A stretch of 64,000 nt of DNA from Arcobacteraceae bacterium (GCA_963662945.1 OY759974.1:2048001-2112000); one strand, 5' to 3'. Shown: positions 40,543 through 51,165, counted from the first letter of the stretch. Program-made: numbers and translations. Notes: generated from the letters alone by a model not told the origin.

Positions 40543-41177
40543 TATTTTAATCGTCCAAGAAGAAGGTTTGTCCAGTTTGTTTCTTTTGATTTATTGACAT
40601 CTGTAACTTGAGGTGTTTCTTCCTCTTGTGGCTGAATCTCTTCACTAATTTCTATTTCTAGTTCTTCAATATTCTCATCAAAATCAGAAGTTGTTTCTTC
40701 ATATGATGTTTTTTTATCTTCTTTTGCTTCATCACGTTCTAAACTTTTCATTAAGTCTTCTCTATACATCATTATAAACTTTTGAAAAATATTGTAACTT
40801 ACATATTTGTCATATTTACCAGGATATTTTAGGTATTTATTTTCTATAAGATTATTATAAAGGATTGTTACGTTGTACTCTTCATCATAATGTTGTGCAA
40901 TTGCATGTGCATCTCGTACAAGGATATTAAGTGAGACAAATTCTGTATATTCATCAGGGAAAAGTTTTGTAAGTATTCTTGTGTAATTTCGTTTTTGAAA
41001 TTCTAAACCAGCTAAATCTTTTAGCATCTCTATTTGCTTTTGTAGAGGGATTAAATCTTCTAACCATTCCAAAATTTTGTCCTTATTTTGGTTAACTACA
41101 GCTTCAAAAGAACCTTTTCCTGTGTATGAATACGTATTGTTTTTAATTTGATTGCTTATAATAGAGAGTTTTTTCAT
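40542..41177 (-). CDS. Hypothetical protein, possibly with tandem TraK/StbA-like HTH domains and an acidic tail
   Basis: AAAGGTG RBS; stop overlaps the aroE start; weak by-eye resemblance only. Confidence 0.55.
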   Translation of the reverse strand: MKKLSIISNQIKNNTYSYTGKGSFEAVVNQNKDKILEWLEDLIPLQKQIEMLKDLAGLEFQKRNYTRILTKLFPDEYTEFVSLNILVRDAHAIAQHYDEEYNVTILYNNLIENKYLKYPGKYDKYVSYNIFQKFIMMYREDLMKSLERDEAKEDKKTSYEETTSDFDENIEELEIEISEEIQPQEEETPQVTDVNKSKETNWTNLLLGRLK

Positions 41178-41303
41178 AATTTCACCTTTTATAAAATGTA
41201 GATTAATTATAACATAAAAAACTCAAAACTTCTTTAATAGTTCTCATATAGTTTTTAATAATTCTTTAGATATAATCTTTGTAATAAGAAAAAAGGTATA
41301 TAA

Positions 41304-42677
41304 GTGGATACAAAAAGTAAATTTGATTTAGTAAATTTGAATGAGAAGAGTTTAAAAAATTTAACAACATTAGGTTTTCTTTATATGACACCTATTCAAG
41401 AGAAAAGTTTGCCATATATTTTAGATAAAAAAGATGTAATTGGAAAAGCAAAAACAGGAAGTGGAAAAACAGTTTCTTTTGGTCTTGGAATTTTAAATAA
41501 TCTTGATAGTACTAATTTTAGAATTCAGTCGCTAGTTCTTTGTCCGACAAGAGAACTAGCAACACAAGTAGCAAATACTTTGAAAAATTTAGCACGATAT
41601 AAACACAATATAAAAATACTGACTCTAACAGGGGGAGTGCCTTATAAACCACAAGTTCATTCACTTTCTCATCAAGCACATATCATAGTAGGAACACCAG
41701 GAAGAGTTTTAAAACATCTTACTGAGAATAATTTCTCTTGCGAATTTATTAATACACTTGTATTAGATGAAGCGGATAGAATGTTAGATATGGGATTTAG
41801 TGAAGATATTAATCTGATTATTGATTATCTTCCAAAACAAAGACAAACAATGCTTTTTTCAGCAACTTATCCTGAAAGTATAGAAGAACTTTCAAATAAT
41901 ATTTTATCTAATCCAATAACTGTAGAAGTAGAATCAACACATTCAAGTAATAGTATCACACAAAAGTTTTACGAAGTGAATGAACATCAAAAAACTAGTT
42001 TAGTTTTAAAACTTTTTCAACCTACACAAAAAAGTGTAATTATCTTTTGTAATACAAAAATTCAATGTGATGAATTAGCAGATAGTTTAGAACAATATGA
42101 TATGGAACCTCTTGTGCTTCATAGTGATATGGAACAAAAATATAGAGATGAAACATTAATAATGTTTGCGAATAAAAGTTATCCCATACTGATTGCAACA
42201 GATGTTGCTTCAAGAGGGCTTGATATTGAAGATGTTGATATGGTTATAAATTATGATTTACCAAATGACTTTGAAGTCTATACACATAGAATTGGGCGTA
42301 CAGCTCGAGCTGGAAAAGATGGTGTGGCTGTTAGTTTTGTAGATAATTTGGGAAAATTTGAAGATTTAGAAGAGTATTTGAATACAACTTTTGAACTTCT
42401 TTCAAGTGATGATATAAAAACCAAAGATGATGTAAGATTAGAATATGATTATTCTACTTTATATATCAATGGTGGTAAACGTCATAAGTTAAGAGCTGGA
42501 GATATTTTAGGAGCTTTAACTGCTGGAATAGGGCTTGCTAAAGATGATATAGGAAAAATTGATATATTACCTACGTGTTCTTATGTTGCTGTAAAAAATG
42601 AAGTGTATCAAAAAGCCTTTGATGGGCTAAATTCAAATAAAATGAAAAATAGGTATTTTAAAATATATAAAAGATAA
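41304..42677 (+). CDS. dbpA: ATP-dependent RNA helicase DbpA
   Basis: AKTGSGKT, PTRELA, DEAD, SAT, HRIGRTAR; C-terminal KLRAGDILGAL RNA-binding domain. Confidence 0.95.
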   Translation: MDTKSKFDLVNLNEKSLKNLTTLGFLYMTPIQEKSLPYILDKKDVIGKAKTGSGKTVSFGLGILNNLDSTNFRIQSLVLCPTRELATQVANTLKNLARYKHNIKILTLTGGVPYKPQVHSLSHQAHIIVGTPGRVLKHLTENNFSCEFINTLVLDEADRMLDMGFSEDINLIIDYLPKQRQTMLFSATYPESIEELSNNILSNPITVEVESTHSSNSITQKFYEVNEHQKTSLVLKLFQPTQKSVIIFCNTKIQCDELADSLEQYDMEPLVLHSDMEQKYRDETLIMFANKSYPILIATDVASRGLDIEDVDMVINYDLPNDFEVYTHRIGRTARAGKDGVAVSFVDNLGKFEDLEEYLNTTFELLSSDDIKTKDDVRLEYDYSTLYINGGKRHKLRAGDILGALTAGIGLAKDDIGKIDILPTCSYVAVKNEVYQKAFDGLNSNKMKNRYFKIYKR

Positions 42678-42685
42678 AAAGCACT

Positions 42686-43165
42686 CTAAATATGAGTACT
42701 TTCTTTTTTTGTTCTTATAAATTGATTTGTAAAATATATTTCACTTAAAAATAATAATAGTGATATAATTAAAAATACCATTGCTAAAATAAATGCAACA
42801 GAGATAAATATTTCACTATCAAAAGAAAATAATGAACTAAAAAATACACTTATAATAACCAAAGCAATCATAAGTCCAGTAGATGTTGCAAAAAAGATAG
42901 AAGTATTGATATTTTGAATACGCATAAGTAAAAAGGTTCTTCTTTTTATAAGGTATTTAGTTTCTTCACTACAGGCATCATCTTCTTTTTCATGTTGATT
43001 TATAATAGCATCCATAATTTCTAATTTATCGATAGTTCGTGTAAGTCTACTTGTTAAGACATTTAAAAGTCCAGCAACACCAGCTATTAAGAAAACTGGT
43101 GCAACTGAGAGTTGAATTAGTGTTGATATTGTTGTTACTTCAGAACCGTTAGTTGGTATAAACAT
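42686..43165 (-). CDS. DUF2721 membrane protein
   Basis: IQLSVAPVFLIAGV...RLTRTID, three TM helices. Confidence 0.75.
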   Translation of the reverse strand: MFIPTNGSEVTTISTLIQLSVAPVFLIAGVAGLLNVLTSRLTRTIDKLEIMDAIINQHEKEDDACSEETKYLIKRRTFLLMRIQNINTSIFFATSTGLMIALVIISVFFSSLFSFDSEIFISVAFILAMVFLIISLLLFLSEIYFTNQFIRTKKESTHI

Positions 43166-43238
43166 AAATTACCTTTTTACTTTTGGGTATTATAACAAAT
43201 TTAAGATTGTATTTTATTTTATGTAGATGAGTAAAAGT

Positions 43239-44648
43239 TTACTCATCTAATGCAATATCTTTACTAAAGTAAGGATTTGATAATTGAAATTTACTAAGTA
43301 TTCTACTATATAAAACACTGTTTTCAAACATATTTCCCATCATTACAAAGTTTTGGATATTGAATTTCTCTTTTAATTGGTTTAGTGTTGTAATACTCAT
43401 ATCAGCCAAAGCTTCAAAAATAGAATATGCCAAATAATGCTCTTCTACTCCTGCTAATTTAAAGCTTATAATTGAACCAATAAAATCACTATAACTAAAT
43501 CCATTTTTTGTAAAGTTTGTATCGATTTTTAATCCACCATTCCCTCTAAATTCATAGGCTTTATCACATACTGCTTCAAATCCTTTGTCTTTTAGTTCTA
43601 AAATAGATGAAATAGTTTCAAAGATATTCATAGAAGGGTTTGTTTCAAACTCTTGTACTATTTCAGGATATTTTTTAGAGAAATTTTCTAATAGTTTTAT
43701 TCTTTTTTCATCACTTTTAAATTCTTCTAATACTGTCTTTAAATCAAACTCTTGAAACTGAATTACTTTTTTAACACCAACTTCATTTGATACAATAAAT
43801 GAGATTCCCAAAAGACTTAGATTTGCACCTATTGCACCTTTGTTAAATCCAGCTTCTTGTGAAATATTTAAAAATCTATTGAGAACTTTATCTTCATTTA
43901 ATAAGTCTAATTGTTTAGCAACTCTTGATGCTGTAATGATTGTTTTATTTTGTTGGATAACAACAACTTTTAAATCATTTGTATCTTCAAAAAACAAATA
44001 GTCAACACCACTTTCTTTTGCATTAATAGATGCCAAAAGACTTCTATTATTGTAAGGTGCTTTGATAAAGATATAATTTTTACCTGTAAGAGTTTTGAGT
44101 GTTTCATCTTTTATTGTTGCTTTGACAGTTGGTTTTTCTATACTAAATAAAGCTTTTATTTCATCTTCTGTAAGTATAAAAAGATCATCTATTTTTTCAC
44201 TGTTTGTAATAAGTACAGCACAATCTTGACTATAATGTGGAGAAAAAGTTGTAAAGTCTTCATAAGTTTTTTGTACTAGATTAGAATAATGATTACACTT
44301 AAAAGATTCATCTAAATAATATTGACTACTTGGGTCTTGTATGAGTTCTAAACATTTAGGACAAGGAGCAATATTATAATCATCAGATTTAAAATCACTA
44401 GGGTATATTTTCTCATCACTGTTAATTGTTTCGATTTCTCCTAAAAATATCGAATGAGGTAAATATTTTGCAAGGTTTTCATTGAATAGTTCTAAATCTT
44501 TTTCATTATTTGTATCTATGCAAAGTTCTATTTTATTGTTTTGTTGTTTGACACTGGCATTGATTTGACTATTGTTTATAATTGTTTGTAAAAATCCTGC
44601 AAAATAAGTATTATTACTATGATAGTTTATTATTTGTTTAACTGGCAC
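43239..44648 (-). CDS. hydE: Hydrogenase accessory protein HydE (HypF-related, Campylobacterota type)
   Basis: Follows hydD; LPHSIFL, CPKC, YSIFEALAD, FVMMGNMFEN; GTG at 44648 after AAGGA. Confidence 0.7.
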   Translation of the reverse strand: MPVKQIINYHSNNTYFAGFLQTIINNSQINASVKQQNNKIELCIDTNNEKDLELFNENLAKYLPHSIFLGEIETINSDEKIYPSDFKSDDYNIAPCPKCLELIQDPSSQYYLDESFKCNHYSNLVQKTYEDFTTFSPHYSQDCAVLITNSEKIDDLFILTEDEIKALFSIEKPTVKATIKDETLKTLTGKNYIFIKAPYNNRSLLASINAKESGVDYLFFEDTNDLKVVVIQQNKTIITASRVAKQLDLLNEDKVLNRFLNISQEAGFNKGAIGANLSLLGISFIVSNEVGVKKVIQFQEFDLKTVLEEFKSDEKRIKLLENFSKKYPEIVQEFETNPSMNIFETISSILELKDKGFEAVCDKAYEFRGNGGLKIDTNFTKNGFSYSDFIGSIISFKLAGVEEHYLAYSIFEALADMSITTLNQLKEKFNIQNFVMMGNMFENSVLYSRILSKFQLSNPYFSKDIALDE

Positions 44649-45195
44649 TTTGATATTCCTTACATTCACTACTTGGATCTTTATAGGCAGCTATAATATC
44701 TTCTAGAGTAGTTTCTTTTTCTTTTTTAGTGTGATTAATTCCTGCTTTTTGGAGTTCATCTAATGCTGTCTGTACAAATGTTGGAAAGACCTTTTTCATA
44801 CTATCACTTAATCCAACATTTACACTTTTAATATCTTCTGGAACAATTCCTATTATATTGACATCTGCCATATTTTCTAAAAGTGAACATATTTCGAGCA
44901 TCTCAACAATCTCAACTTCATGGGCTGTTTGTTTATAACTCCCAAGTCCTAAAAGTTCATTTGCTGGAAGATTATAAATAGAACCTACAGTATCTTCCAT
45001 TGTGATTGTATCAAGTATTAAAACTTTGTCATAATCTTGATAATAAGTCATCAGTTGAAATCCTAAAACACCACCATCTACAAGTGTAACATCACTATCA
45101 AATGTATAGTTTTCACTTAAGTATTTTGAAGCATAAACACCAATACCTTCATCTTGAAATATTATTGTACCAGCTCCCACTATTGCTGTTGTCAT
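44638..45195 (-). CDS. hydD: Hydrogenase maturation endopeptidase
   Basis: DEGIGV, LVDGG, TAHE motifs. Confidence 0.92.
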   Translation of the reverse strand: MTTAIVGAGTIIFQDEGIGVYASKYLSENYTFDSDVTLVDGGVLGFQLMTYYQDYDKVLILDTITMEDTVGSIYNLPANELLGLGSYKQTAHEVEIVEMLEICSLLENMADVNIIGIVPEDIKSVNVGLSDSMKKVFPTFVQTALDELQKAGINHTKKEKETTLEDIIAAYKDPSSECKEYQSAS

Positions 45196-45208
45196 ATTTT
45201 TCCCTTTT

Positions 45209-45246
45209 TAAAAAAAATGCTAGATGAGATTTTCTCATCTAGCATT
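45209..45246 (-). terminator. Intrinsic terminator just upstream of the hydD RBS
   Basis: AATGCTAGATGAGA-TTT-TCTCATCTAGCATT (14-bp stem) followed by a U-tract on the minus strand. Confidence 0.75.
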
Positions 45247-45363
45247 ATAATGTATTACTCTTTGAGAATAATTATAGTAGTTATTGGCATAAACTATGTA
45301 AAATAAATTTTACATATAAGTTTTGCCGTGCGAAGCAATAAAAGCCAAACTGTTGGCTTTTAT

Positions 45364-46065
45364 TTAATGCTTCTCCTCTTTAACAAATTTACTACCACCA
45401 ACAACGATACTAATATCACCTTCATTCCAAAAGATTGTTCTCCATATTTGATAATAAATATGGAACATAACCCACACAATAATAGCATACATAGTATAGT
45501 GGTGAGATAGTCTTACATCCATAAATGTACCACCCGTTGCCCATACTGTCCAATCAGTCGCAACATGTAATATCCAAGGCCACCATGCCCCAATAGAACT
45601 TATACCAGAAGCAAGTCCATGCACATATAGTTGTAAACCTGTTAATAACATCCATACAAGCATAAGATGAAATACAAAGAAGAATACGGCATTAAAACTA
45701 TCTGCATGACTTGAATCAAATTTTTTTACTCTATTAAGAGTAATTAAATTAATAAACACATCAAAGAACTGTTTTATATTACTCATATTTGGAATTAGCT
45801 TTTTATATGGTTTTTCAAATCTTGAAAAAAAGTATAAATAAGCAACCACAATACTACTAACGTCAAAGATAATAGCTGCCATAAAATGTATCCATCTGTT
45901 CCAAGCCATTACATATTTATCAACAGCAGGATCAGCAATAAAACTTTGATAATAAGGGTGTCCTATATAAAGTCCTGTAACAACAGCTGCAACCATACAA
46001 ATAGCTACAACCCAATGGTTCCACCTCATAAAGGTGGTCATTCTTTTTACTTTTTGATAACTCAT
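45364..46065 (-). CDS. hydC: [NiFe]-hydrogenase cytochrome b subunit
   Basis: RWNHW, RWIHF, SHH...FHIY haem ligands; four TM. Confidence 0.93.
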   Translation of the reverse strand: MSYQKVKRMTTFMRWNHWVVAICMVAAVVTGLYIGHPYYQSFIADPAVDKYVMAWNRWIHFMAAIIFDVSSIVVAYLYFFSRFEKPYKKLIPNMSNIKQFFDVFINLITLNRVKKFDSSHADSFNAVFFFVFHLMLVWMLLTGLQLYVHGLASGISSIGAWWPWILHVATDWTVWATGGTFMDVRLSHHYTMYAIIVWVMFHIYYQIWRTIFWNEGDISIVVGGSKFVKEEKH

Positions 46066-46078
46066 ATTGTCCCCCTTA

Positions 46079-47824
46079 TTATATAGAACAACTAGTATTG
46101 ACTTTAAAGCTACTTAACTCTTTTCCTTTAGTATCTACAATATGTACAGCACAAGCAATACATGGGTCAAAACTATGTATAGTTCTTAATATTTCTAAAG
46201 GCTGATCAGGATTAGCAACTTTAGTTCCTATTAATGAAGCTTCATAAGCACCCATTCTATCTTTGTAGTCTCTTGGAGCTGCATTCCATGTTGATGGAAC
46301 AACCGCTTGGTAGTTTTCTATTTTACCATCTTTGATTTTTACCCAGTGACCTAAACCACCTCTTGGTGCTTCTGCTAGTCCATGACCTTTTGCATCTTTT
46401 GATACAGTATTAAAATCAAACTCTGTCCATGTAGATAAATCCCCATTTGCAACATTTGCAGCTAGTTCATCAACCCATTCTAACATTACATCAGCTAAAA
46501 GTTCACTTTCAATAGCACGAGCAGCTGTTCTACCAACAGTAGAGAACAGTGCACTTGCAGGTGCTGCTTTTCCTAAACCTAATTTTTCACCTAAAAGTCC
46601 TAAGAAACCAGTTACATATTTTGTAATTCTTTCATCACCAGCTGCAACACCTACTACCATTCTAGCTAACGGTCCAACCTCTACTCTTGTATCATCATAA
46701 ATTGGTGATTTAATCCAAGAATACTTTTCTTTTGGTTTAATATAAGAGAAACCATCAGCTTTTTTCTCAAAACCAGTATATTTAGGTTCAGTTTCACCAT
46801 CATAAGGATGAAGAGGTTTATTACCTTCGTACCAAGAATGAGTAACATCTTCTGCAACTTTATTTTGGTCAAATGGATATACTTTTGACAAGTCACCATT
46901 AAGAACTACACCACTTGGAAATAAAAGTGCTGATTTGTAAAAACCTGTGTCATCAAGTCTAAAGTCACCATAAGTCATATAGTTTTTAAGACCACCACCA
47001 GTTCCATCTAATGCTTCATCTACATATTTTACACCAGCCATCGCTAAATCAGGAAGATATGCTGTTTTGATAAAATGTCTAAATTTTTTCAATAATGTTT
47101 TAAATAGTGCAATTCTTGCAGGGTTTTTAATATCTTGAACACAAGTAACACCACCAACGACAAGTGATTGAGGATGTGGCATTTTACCACCAAAGATTGC
47201 CATCATTTTAGCTGCATCTCTTTGTAAATCAAGTGCTTGAAGATAGTGTGCTGTTGCTATTAAATTTTGTTCAGGAGTAAGTTTATAAGATTTATTTCCC
47301 CAATATGCATTTGAGAAAATTCCTAGTCGACCTTGTTTAACAAATTTAGTAAGTCTTTCTTGTATTTGAATTAGTTCTGATTTACTTGTACCATAAGGAG
47401 TTTTATGCCAATTAAAAGATTCAGCTTCCGCTTTAGCAGGATCTGCTTTAAGTGCACTTGTAATATCAACCCAGTCAAGTCCATGAAGATGATAGAAATG
47501 TACAACGTGGTCATGTAAGTATAATGCACCTTGAATTAAGTTTCTGACTAGTCTAGCATTTTTTGGAATAGTTACATTAAATGCATCTTCAACTGCTTCA
47601 ATACTTCTTTGGTAGTGAGTACCTGTACAAACACCACAGATTCGCATAGCTAAAAGTCCAGCATCTCTTGGATCTCTTCCTTTTAGAATAGTTTCAATTC
47701 CTCTAAACATTGTACTACTTGCGTACGCATCTTTTATAATATTATCTTCACCGATAATTGCCTCAACTCTTAAGTGACCTTCAATTCTAGTAATTGGATC
47801 TACTATTAAATGTTTATTTGCCAT
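46079..47824 (-). CDS. hydB: Group 1 uptake [NiFe]-hydrogenase large subunit
   Basis: DPITRIEGH, RICGVC, DPCIACAVH plus a cleavable C-terminal extension. Confidence 0.97.
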   Translation of the reverse strand: MANKHLIVDPITRIEGHLRVEAIIGEDNIIKDAYASSTMFRGIETILKGRDPRDAGLLAMRICGVCTGTHYQRSIEAVEDAFNVTIPKNARLVRNLIQGALYLHDHVVHFYHLHGLDWVDITSALKADPAKAEAESFNWHKTPYGTSKSELIQIQERLTKFVKQGRLGIFSNAYWGNKSYKLTPEQNLIATAHYLQALDLQRDAAKMMAIFGGKMPHPQSLVVGGVTCVQDIKNPARIALFKTLLKKFRHFIKTAYLPDLAMAGVKYVDEALDGTGGGLKNYMTYGDFRLDDTGFYKSALLFPSGVVLNGDLSKVYPFDQNKVAEDVTHSWYEGNKPLHPYDGETEPKYTGFEKKADGFSYIKPKEKYSWIKSPIYDDTRVEVGPLARMVVGVAAGDERITKYVTGFLGLLGEKLGLGKAAPASALFSTVGRTAARAIESELLADVMLEWVDELAANVANGDLSTWTEFDFNTVSKDAKGHGLAEAPRGGLGHWVKIKDGKIENYQAVVPSTWNAAPRDYKDRMGAYEASLIGTKVANPDQPLEILRTIHSFDPCIACAVHIVDTKGKELSSFKVNTSCSI

Positions 47825-49049
47825 TACTCATCTCCCTCTTTTTTCCTGCTGCAATACTTGCTACTGCGTGAATACCGATACCAATACCAGCCGCTGTTAA
47901 TAATCCTAAACCAAATTCATCTACAGATTTTTCTACACCACCAGTTGGTGCTTTGATACGACTGTCTGCGATTGGTCGTTCTGTTGCATATTTATCCCAG
48001 AATTGTGGCTCTGAACAACCAATACAACCATGACCTGCACCAATAGGCCAATTCACTGCTTCATTGTATCGTACAATTGAACAGTTGTTGAAAGTCATAG
48101 GACCTTTACATCCCATTTTATATAAACAGAAGTTATTTTCAGCCCCTTTATCTCCCCACTCTTCAACAAATTCTCCAGCATCAAAGTGAGCTCTTCTTTC
48201 ACAGTTATCATGGATTCTATAACCAAATGCAAATTTTGGTCTATTTAAATGGTCTAACTCTGGAATTTGTCCTGTAAGAACAAAATGTAAAATAGTACCA
48301 GTAATATTTGCAGGATTTGCAGGACAGGCTGGAATGTTTATAATAGGTTTCCCTTTTACAACATCTTGCACACCAACAGCACCAGTAGGGTTTGGAGCCG
48401 CCGCAGGAACTCCACCAAATGTAGCACATGTACCAACTGCAACAAGAGCTGCTGCATCTTTTGCGACATGTTGTAAATGTTCCTCAAAAGTTTCAGCTTT
48501 TGCTCCGATAGTACACCACTCTTTACCTGCACCAACAGGAATTGAACCTTCAACTACACAGATATATTTACCTTTAAAAGTTTTCATTGCTTCTTCTAAA
48601 TGTCCTTCTGCTTCGTGTCCGGCAGCAACCATTAAAGTTTCGTTGAATTCTAAAGATAATACATCTAAAATAAGTTCATCGATAGTAGGTGCATCACTTC
48701 TTAAAATTGCTTCAGAGTTACCCGCACAATCTTGAAGTTCAAGCCAAATGACCGGAACTCTATTCATAAGTTCAGCAGCTCGTAAAACTACTGGTGTAAA
48801 TGTAGGAGGAAGCATAAGCATAGCACAGGCTGCACTTGCCCACTTCATAAAATCTCTTCTTGTAAGACCTTCTGCTTCCAAAACATGTTCTATAGATGTT
48901 TTTGAGGCAACCTCAGTTTTTTCTAACTCATCAAGTCTTCGATTCATCTTCTCCAACAAGTTATTATAATACTCATCACCACGGTTTGTATTTACTTTTG
49001 CACCTTTTGCACTGAACATTGAAGCTAATGCATCTCTTCTATCAGTCAT
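47814..49049 (-). CDS. hydA: Group 1 uptake [NiFe]-hydrogenase small subunit, Tat-exported
   Basis: TRRDFMK twin-arginine motif, Fe-S motifs (HDNCERR, CLYKMGCKGP, CIGC), C-terminal TM anchor. Confidence 0.96.
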   Translation of the reverse strand: MTDRRDALASMFSAKGAKVNTNRGDEYYNNLLEKMNRRLDELEKTEVASKTSIEHVLEAEGLTRRDFMKWASAACAMLMLPPTFTPVVLRAAELMNRVPVIWLELQDCAGNSEAILRSDAPTIDELILDVLSLEFNETLMVAAGHEAEGHLEEAMKTFKGKYICVVEGSIPVGAGKEWCTIGAKAETFEEHLQHVAKDAAALVAVGTCATFGGVPAAAPNPTGAVGVQDVVKGKPIINIPACPANPANITGTILHFVLTGQIPELDHLNRPKFAFGYRIHDNCERRAHFDAGEFVEEWGDKGAENNFCLYKMGCKGPMTFNNCSIVRYNEAVNWPIGAGHGCIGCSEPQFWDKYATERPIADSRIKAPTGGVEKSVDEFGLGLLTAAGIGIGIHAVASIAAGKKREMSNGK

Positions 49050-49071
49050 GACATTCCCCTTTTAAATTATC

Positions 49072-49100
49072 TGAATATTCATTCATATAATAAAATTGTA
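49072..49100 (-). promoter_or_regulatory. hydA promoter with TGAAT-N4-ATTCA operator candidate
   Basis: Minus TACAAT at 49095-49100; inverted repeat at 49072-49085 between the -10 and the RBS. Confidence 0.6.
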
Positions 49101-49123
49101 GGGCAATATAGCTTTAATAAAAC

Positions 49124-51106
49124 TTATACTGAATTAGGAAATGTAATAATAAATTTTGCACCCATGTATTCTTTTTTCTTATAGGTATAGGTGTCATTTA
49201 TAACTGTAATATTACCTTGAAGGTGTTTCACTATAATTTCTCTAGCCATATAAAGTCCTACACCAGTACCTTTTGTTTTATGTTTTGTTGTAAAATATGG
49301 TTCAAATATTTTTTCTAAATATTCCGTTTTTATTCCACCTGCATTATCTTTAATAATAATTGTTATTAAATCATTTTCTTTTGATACTTCTATGAAAAGT
49401 AATTTTACATCTTGAATGTTTTCAAGTGCATCATAAGCATTATTAAGAATAACCAACAAAATCTGTAAAAGTTGATTTTTAAAACTATTTATTTCAATAG
49501 GCTCTATTTGTTTTACAAGAGAAACTTCCTTCATTTTATCTCTTAAATGTATTAACTTTAGTGTTTTATCAAGAATTTTATCAATTTTAAAATACTCTTT
49601 ACTTACACTTGTAACAAAAAAGTTTCTAAAGTCATCTATGGTATTTGAAAGATATTCAGCATTTTCATTAATATTCTCTAATGATTCATCCAAAAATTTG
49701 TCATCTAATTGCCCATATTCTTTTTTTGCTTGAATTCCAGTACTTGAAATAGTTATTAAAGAAAGAGGCTGTCTCCATTGATGAGCAATATTTTCAAGAA
49801 GTTCTCCCATTGCTGCCATTTTTGATTGTTGATAGAGTAATGTTTCTTTTTCTTTAAGGGTTGCTTCGACTTTTATTTTATTTTCAAGTAATTGATTTGT
49901 TTGTATTGCAACTTGCTCAAATTCATTAAATTTAAGTGTATTTAACTCTATTTTTTTGTTTTCATTTACAAGTGTACAAATTGATTTTATGAGATTATTA
50001 ATATCTGTTGTAAGTGATTCTTTAATTGTTTTTAATATGAAGTAAAATAAAATTGAGAATAATATTCCTAAAAATAATGTTGTTACAATATCTTTATAAA
50101 GTTCAGATAGTAGTTCTTTCTTTTTGATTTCTATACTATTATTTATATCTTTAAATGTTTCTCCAAATCCAATATAGAGTTGCCACTTATCAATTCCAAC
50201 TACATAACTTATTTTGTCTAAAGTTTTGTCTTTTCCTAATGGTATACTATAGGTTACAAAACCACTTCCTGATTTTGCTACTTTTATTAGTTCTTGTACT
50301 ACTTTAAGACCATTTACATCGGTAACATTATAAACATTTTTCCCTTTTGCTGGTTCTGTGTAAGATATTCCATCGTAAGAAGCAGAAAAAATATAGTTGC
50401 TTAATGTAGTTCCAAATCGAAAACTATCTATTTTTGCTAAAAAGTGTTGTTTTAGTTTTTCTTCTATATCTGTTAAAAATACCCCAGTTCCAATATAACA
50501 ATCAAATGGTTCAAAATATTTAAAATAAGATATTTTCTTTTCAAATACTAAGGTATTGTGATTTTGCCACTCATACTCAAAAAATCCCTCTTTTTTCTCT
50601 TTAACCATAGTAATAATATCATGAATAGATTTTTTGTTACTTTGGGTTGTAAGATTAAATACATTTTTACCTTCAAGATGTTTTAATCCTGAGACTAATA
50701 AAAATGTACCATCAAGCTTCGTCATAAAAACATATTGATCACCTATATCATAAAATTTTAATTCTCTTAATGATTCAATAATAATACTTTGAATATTTGG
50801 ATTATTTTTTTGTGTTTTATATAAATTTTCTGCAATGTTGTATGCTACATCAACTCTTTTTTGTAACTCTTTTTTTGTTTTTTCTTGAAGTTTTTTTCTT
50901 GAAGATTCTATATCAGTTATAAAAAAATCAACTTTATTTTTCATTAATTCTTTTTTTGCATTTAATGTTTCTTGTTGAATCTTTTCTTTATCTTTTAAAA
51001 AACTATTATAAGATAATAATGCATTAAATAGAATTGTAACAACTATAAACACACTAAATACAATCATTATTGCAGTATAGAGTGTTTCGTATAAACTTTT
51101 TTTCAT
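49124..51106 (-). CDS. Sensor histidine kinase with two Cache-type periplasmic domains
   Basis: 2 TM, repeated Y(V/I)F..DG...G(K)NV...GF..Y...KISY units; ENIAHQWRQPL, DNAGGI, GTGVGL; ATG at 51106. Confidence 0.9.
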   Translation of the reverse strand: MKKSLYETLYTAIMIVFSVFIVVTILFNALLSYNSFLKDKEKIQQETLNAKKELMKNKVDFFITDIESSRKKLQEKTKKELQKRVDVAYNIAENLYKTQKNNPNIQSIIIESLRELKFYDIGDQYVFMTKLDGTFLLVSGLKHLEGKNVFNLTTQSNKKSIHDIITMVKEKKEGFFEYEWQNHNTLVFEKKISYFKYFEPFDCYIGTGVFLTDIEEKLKQHFLAKIDSFRFGTTLSNYIFSASYDGISYTEPAKGKNVYNVTDVNGLKVVQELIKVAKSGSGFVTYSIPLGKDKTLDKISYVVGIDKWQLYIGFGETFKDINNSIEIKKKELLSELYKDIVTTLFLGILFSILFYFILKTIKESLTTDINNLIKSICTLVNENKKIELNTLKFNEFEQVAIQTNQLLENKIKVEATLKEKETLLYQQSKMAAMGELLENIAHQWRQPLSLITISSTGIQAKKEYGQLDDKFLDESLENINENAEYLSNTIDDFRNFFVTSVSKEYFKIDKILDKTLKLIHLRDKMKEVSLVKQIEPIEINSFKNQLLQILLVILNNAYDALENIQDVKLLFIEVSKENDLITIIIKDNAGGIKTEYLEKIFEPYFTTKHKTKGTGVGLYMAREIIVKHLQGNITVINDTYTYKKKEYMGAKFIITFPNSV

Positions 51107-51165
51107 TATTTTTGTCTTACCTTTAGGCAATTATATCAAAATTTGAATTACAATAAAGTAACAAA

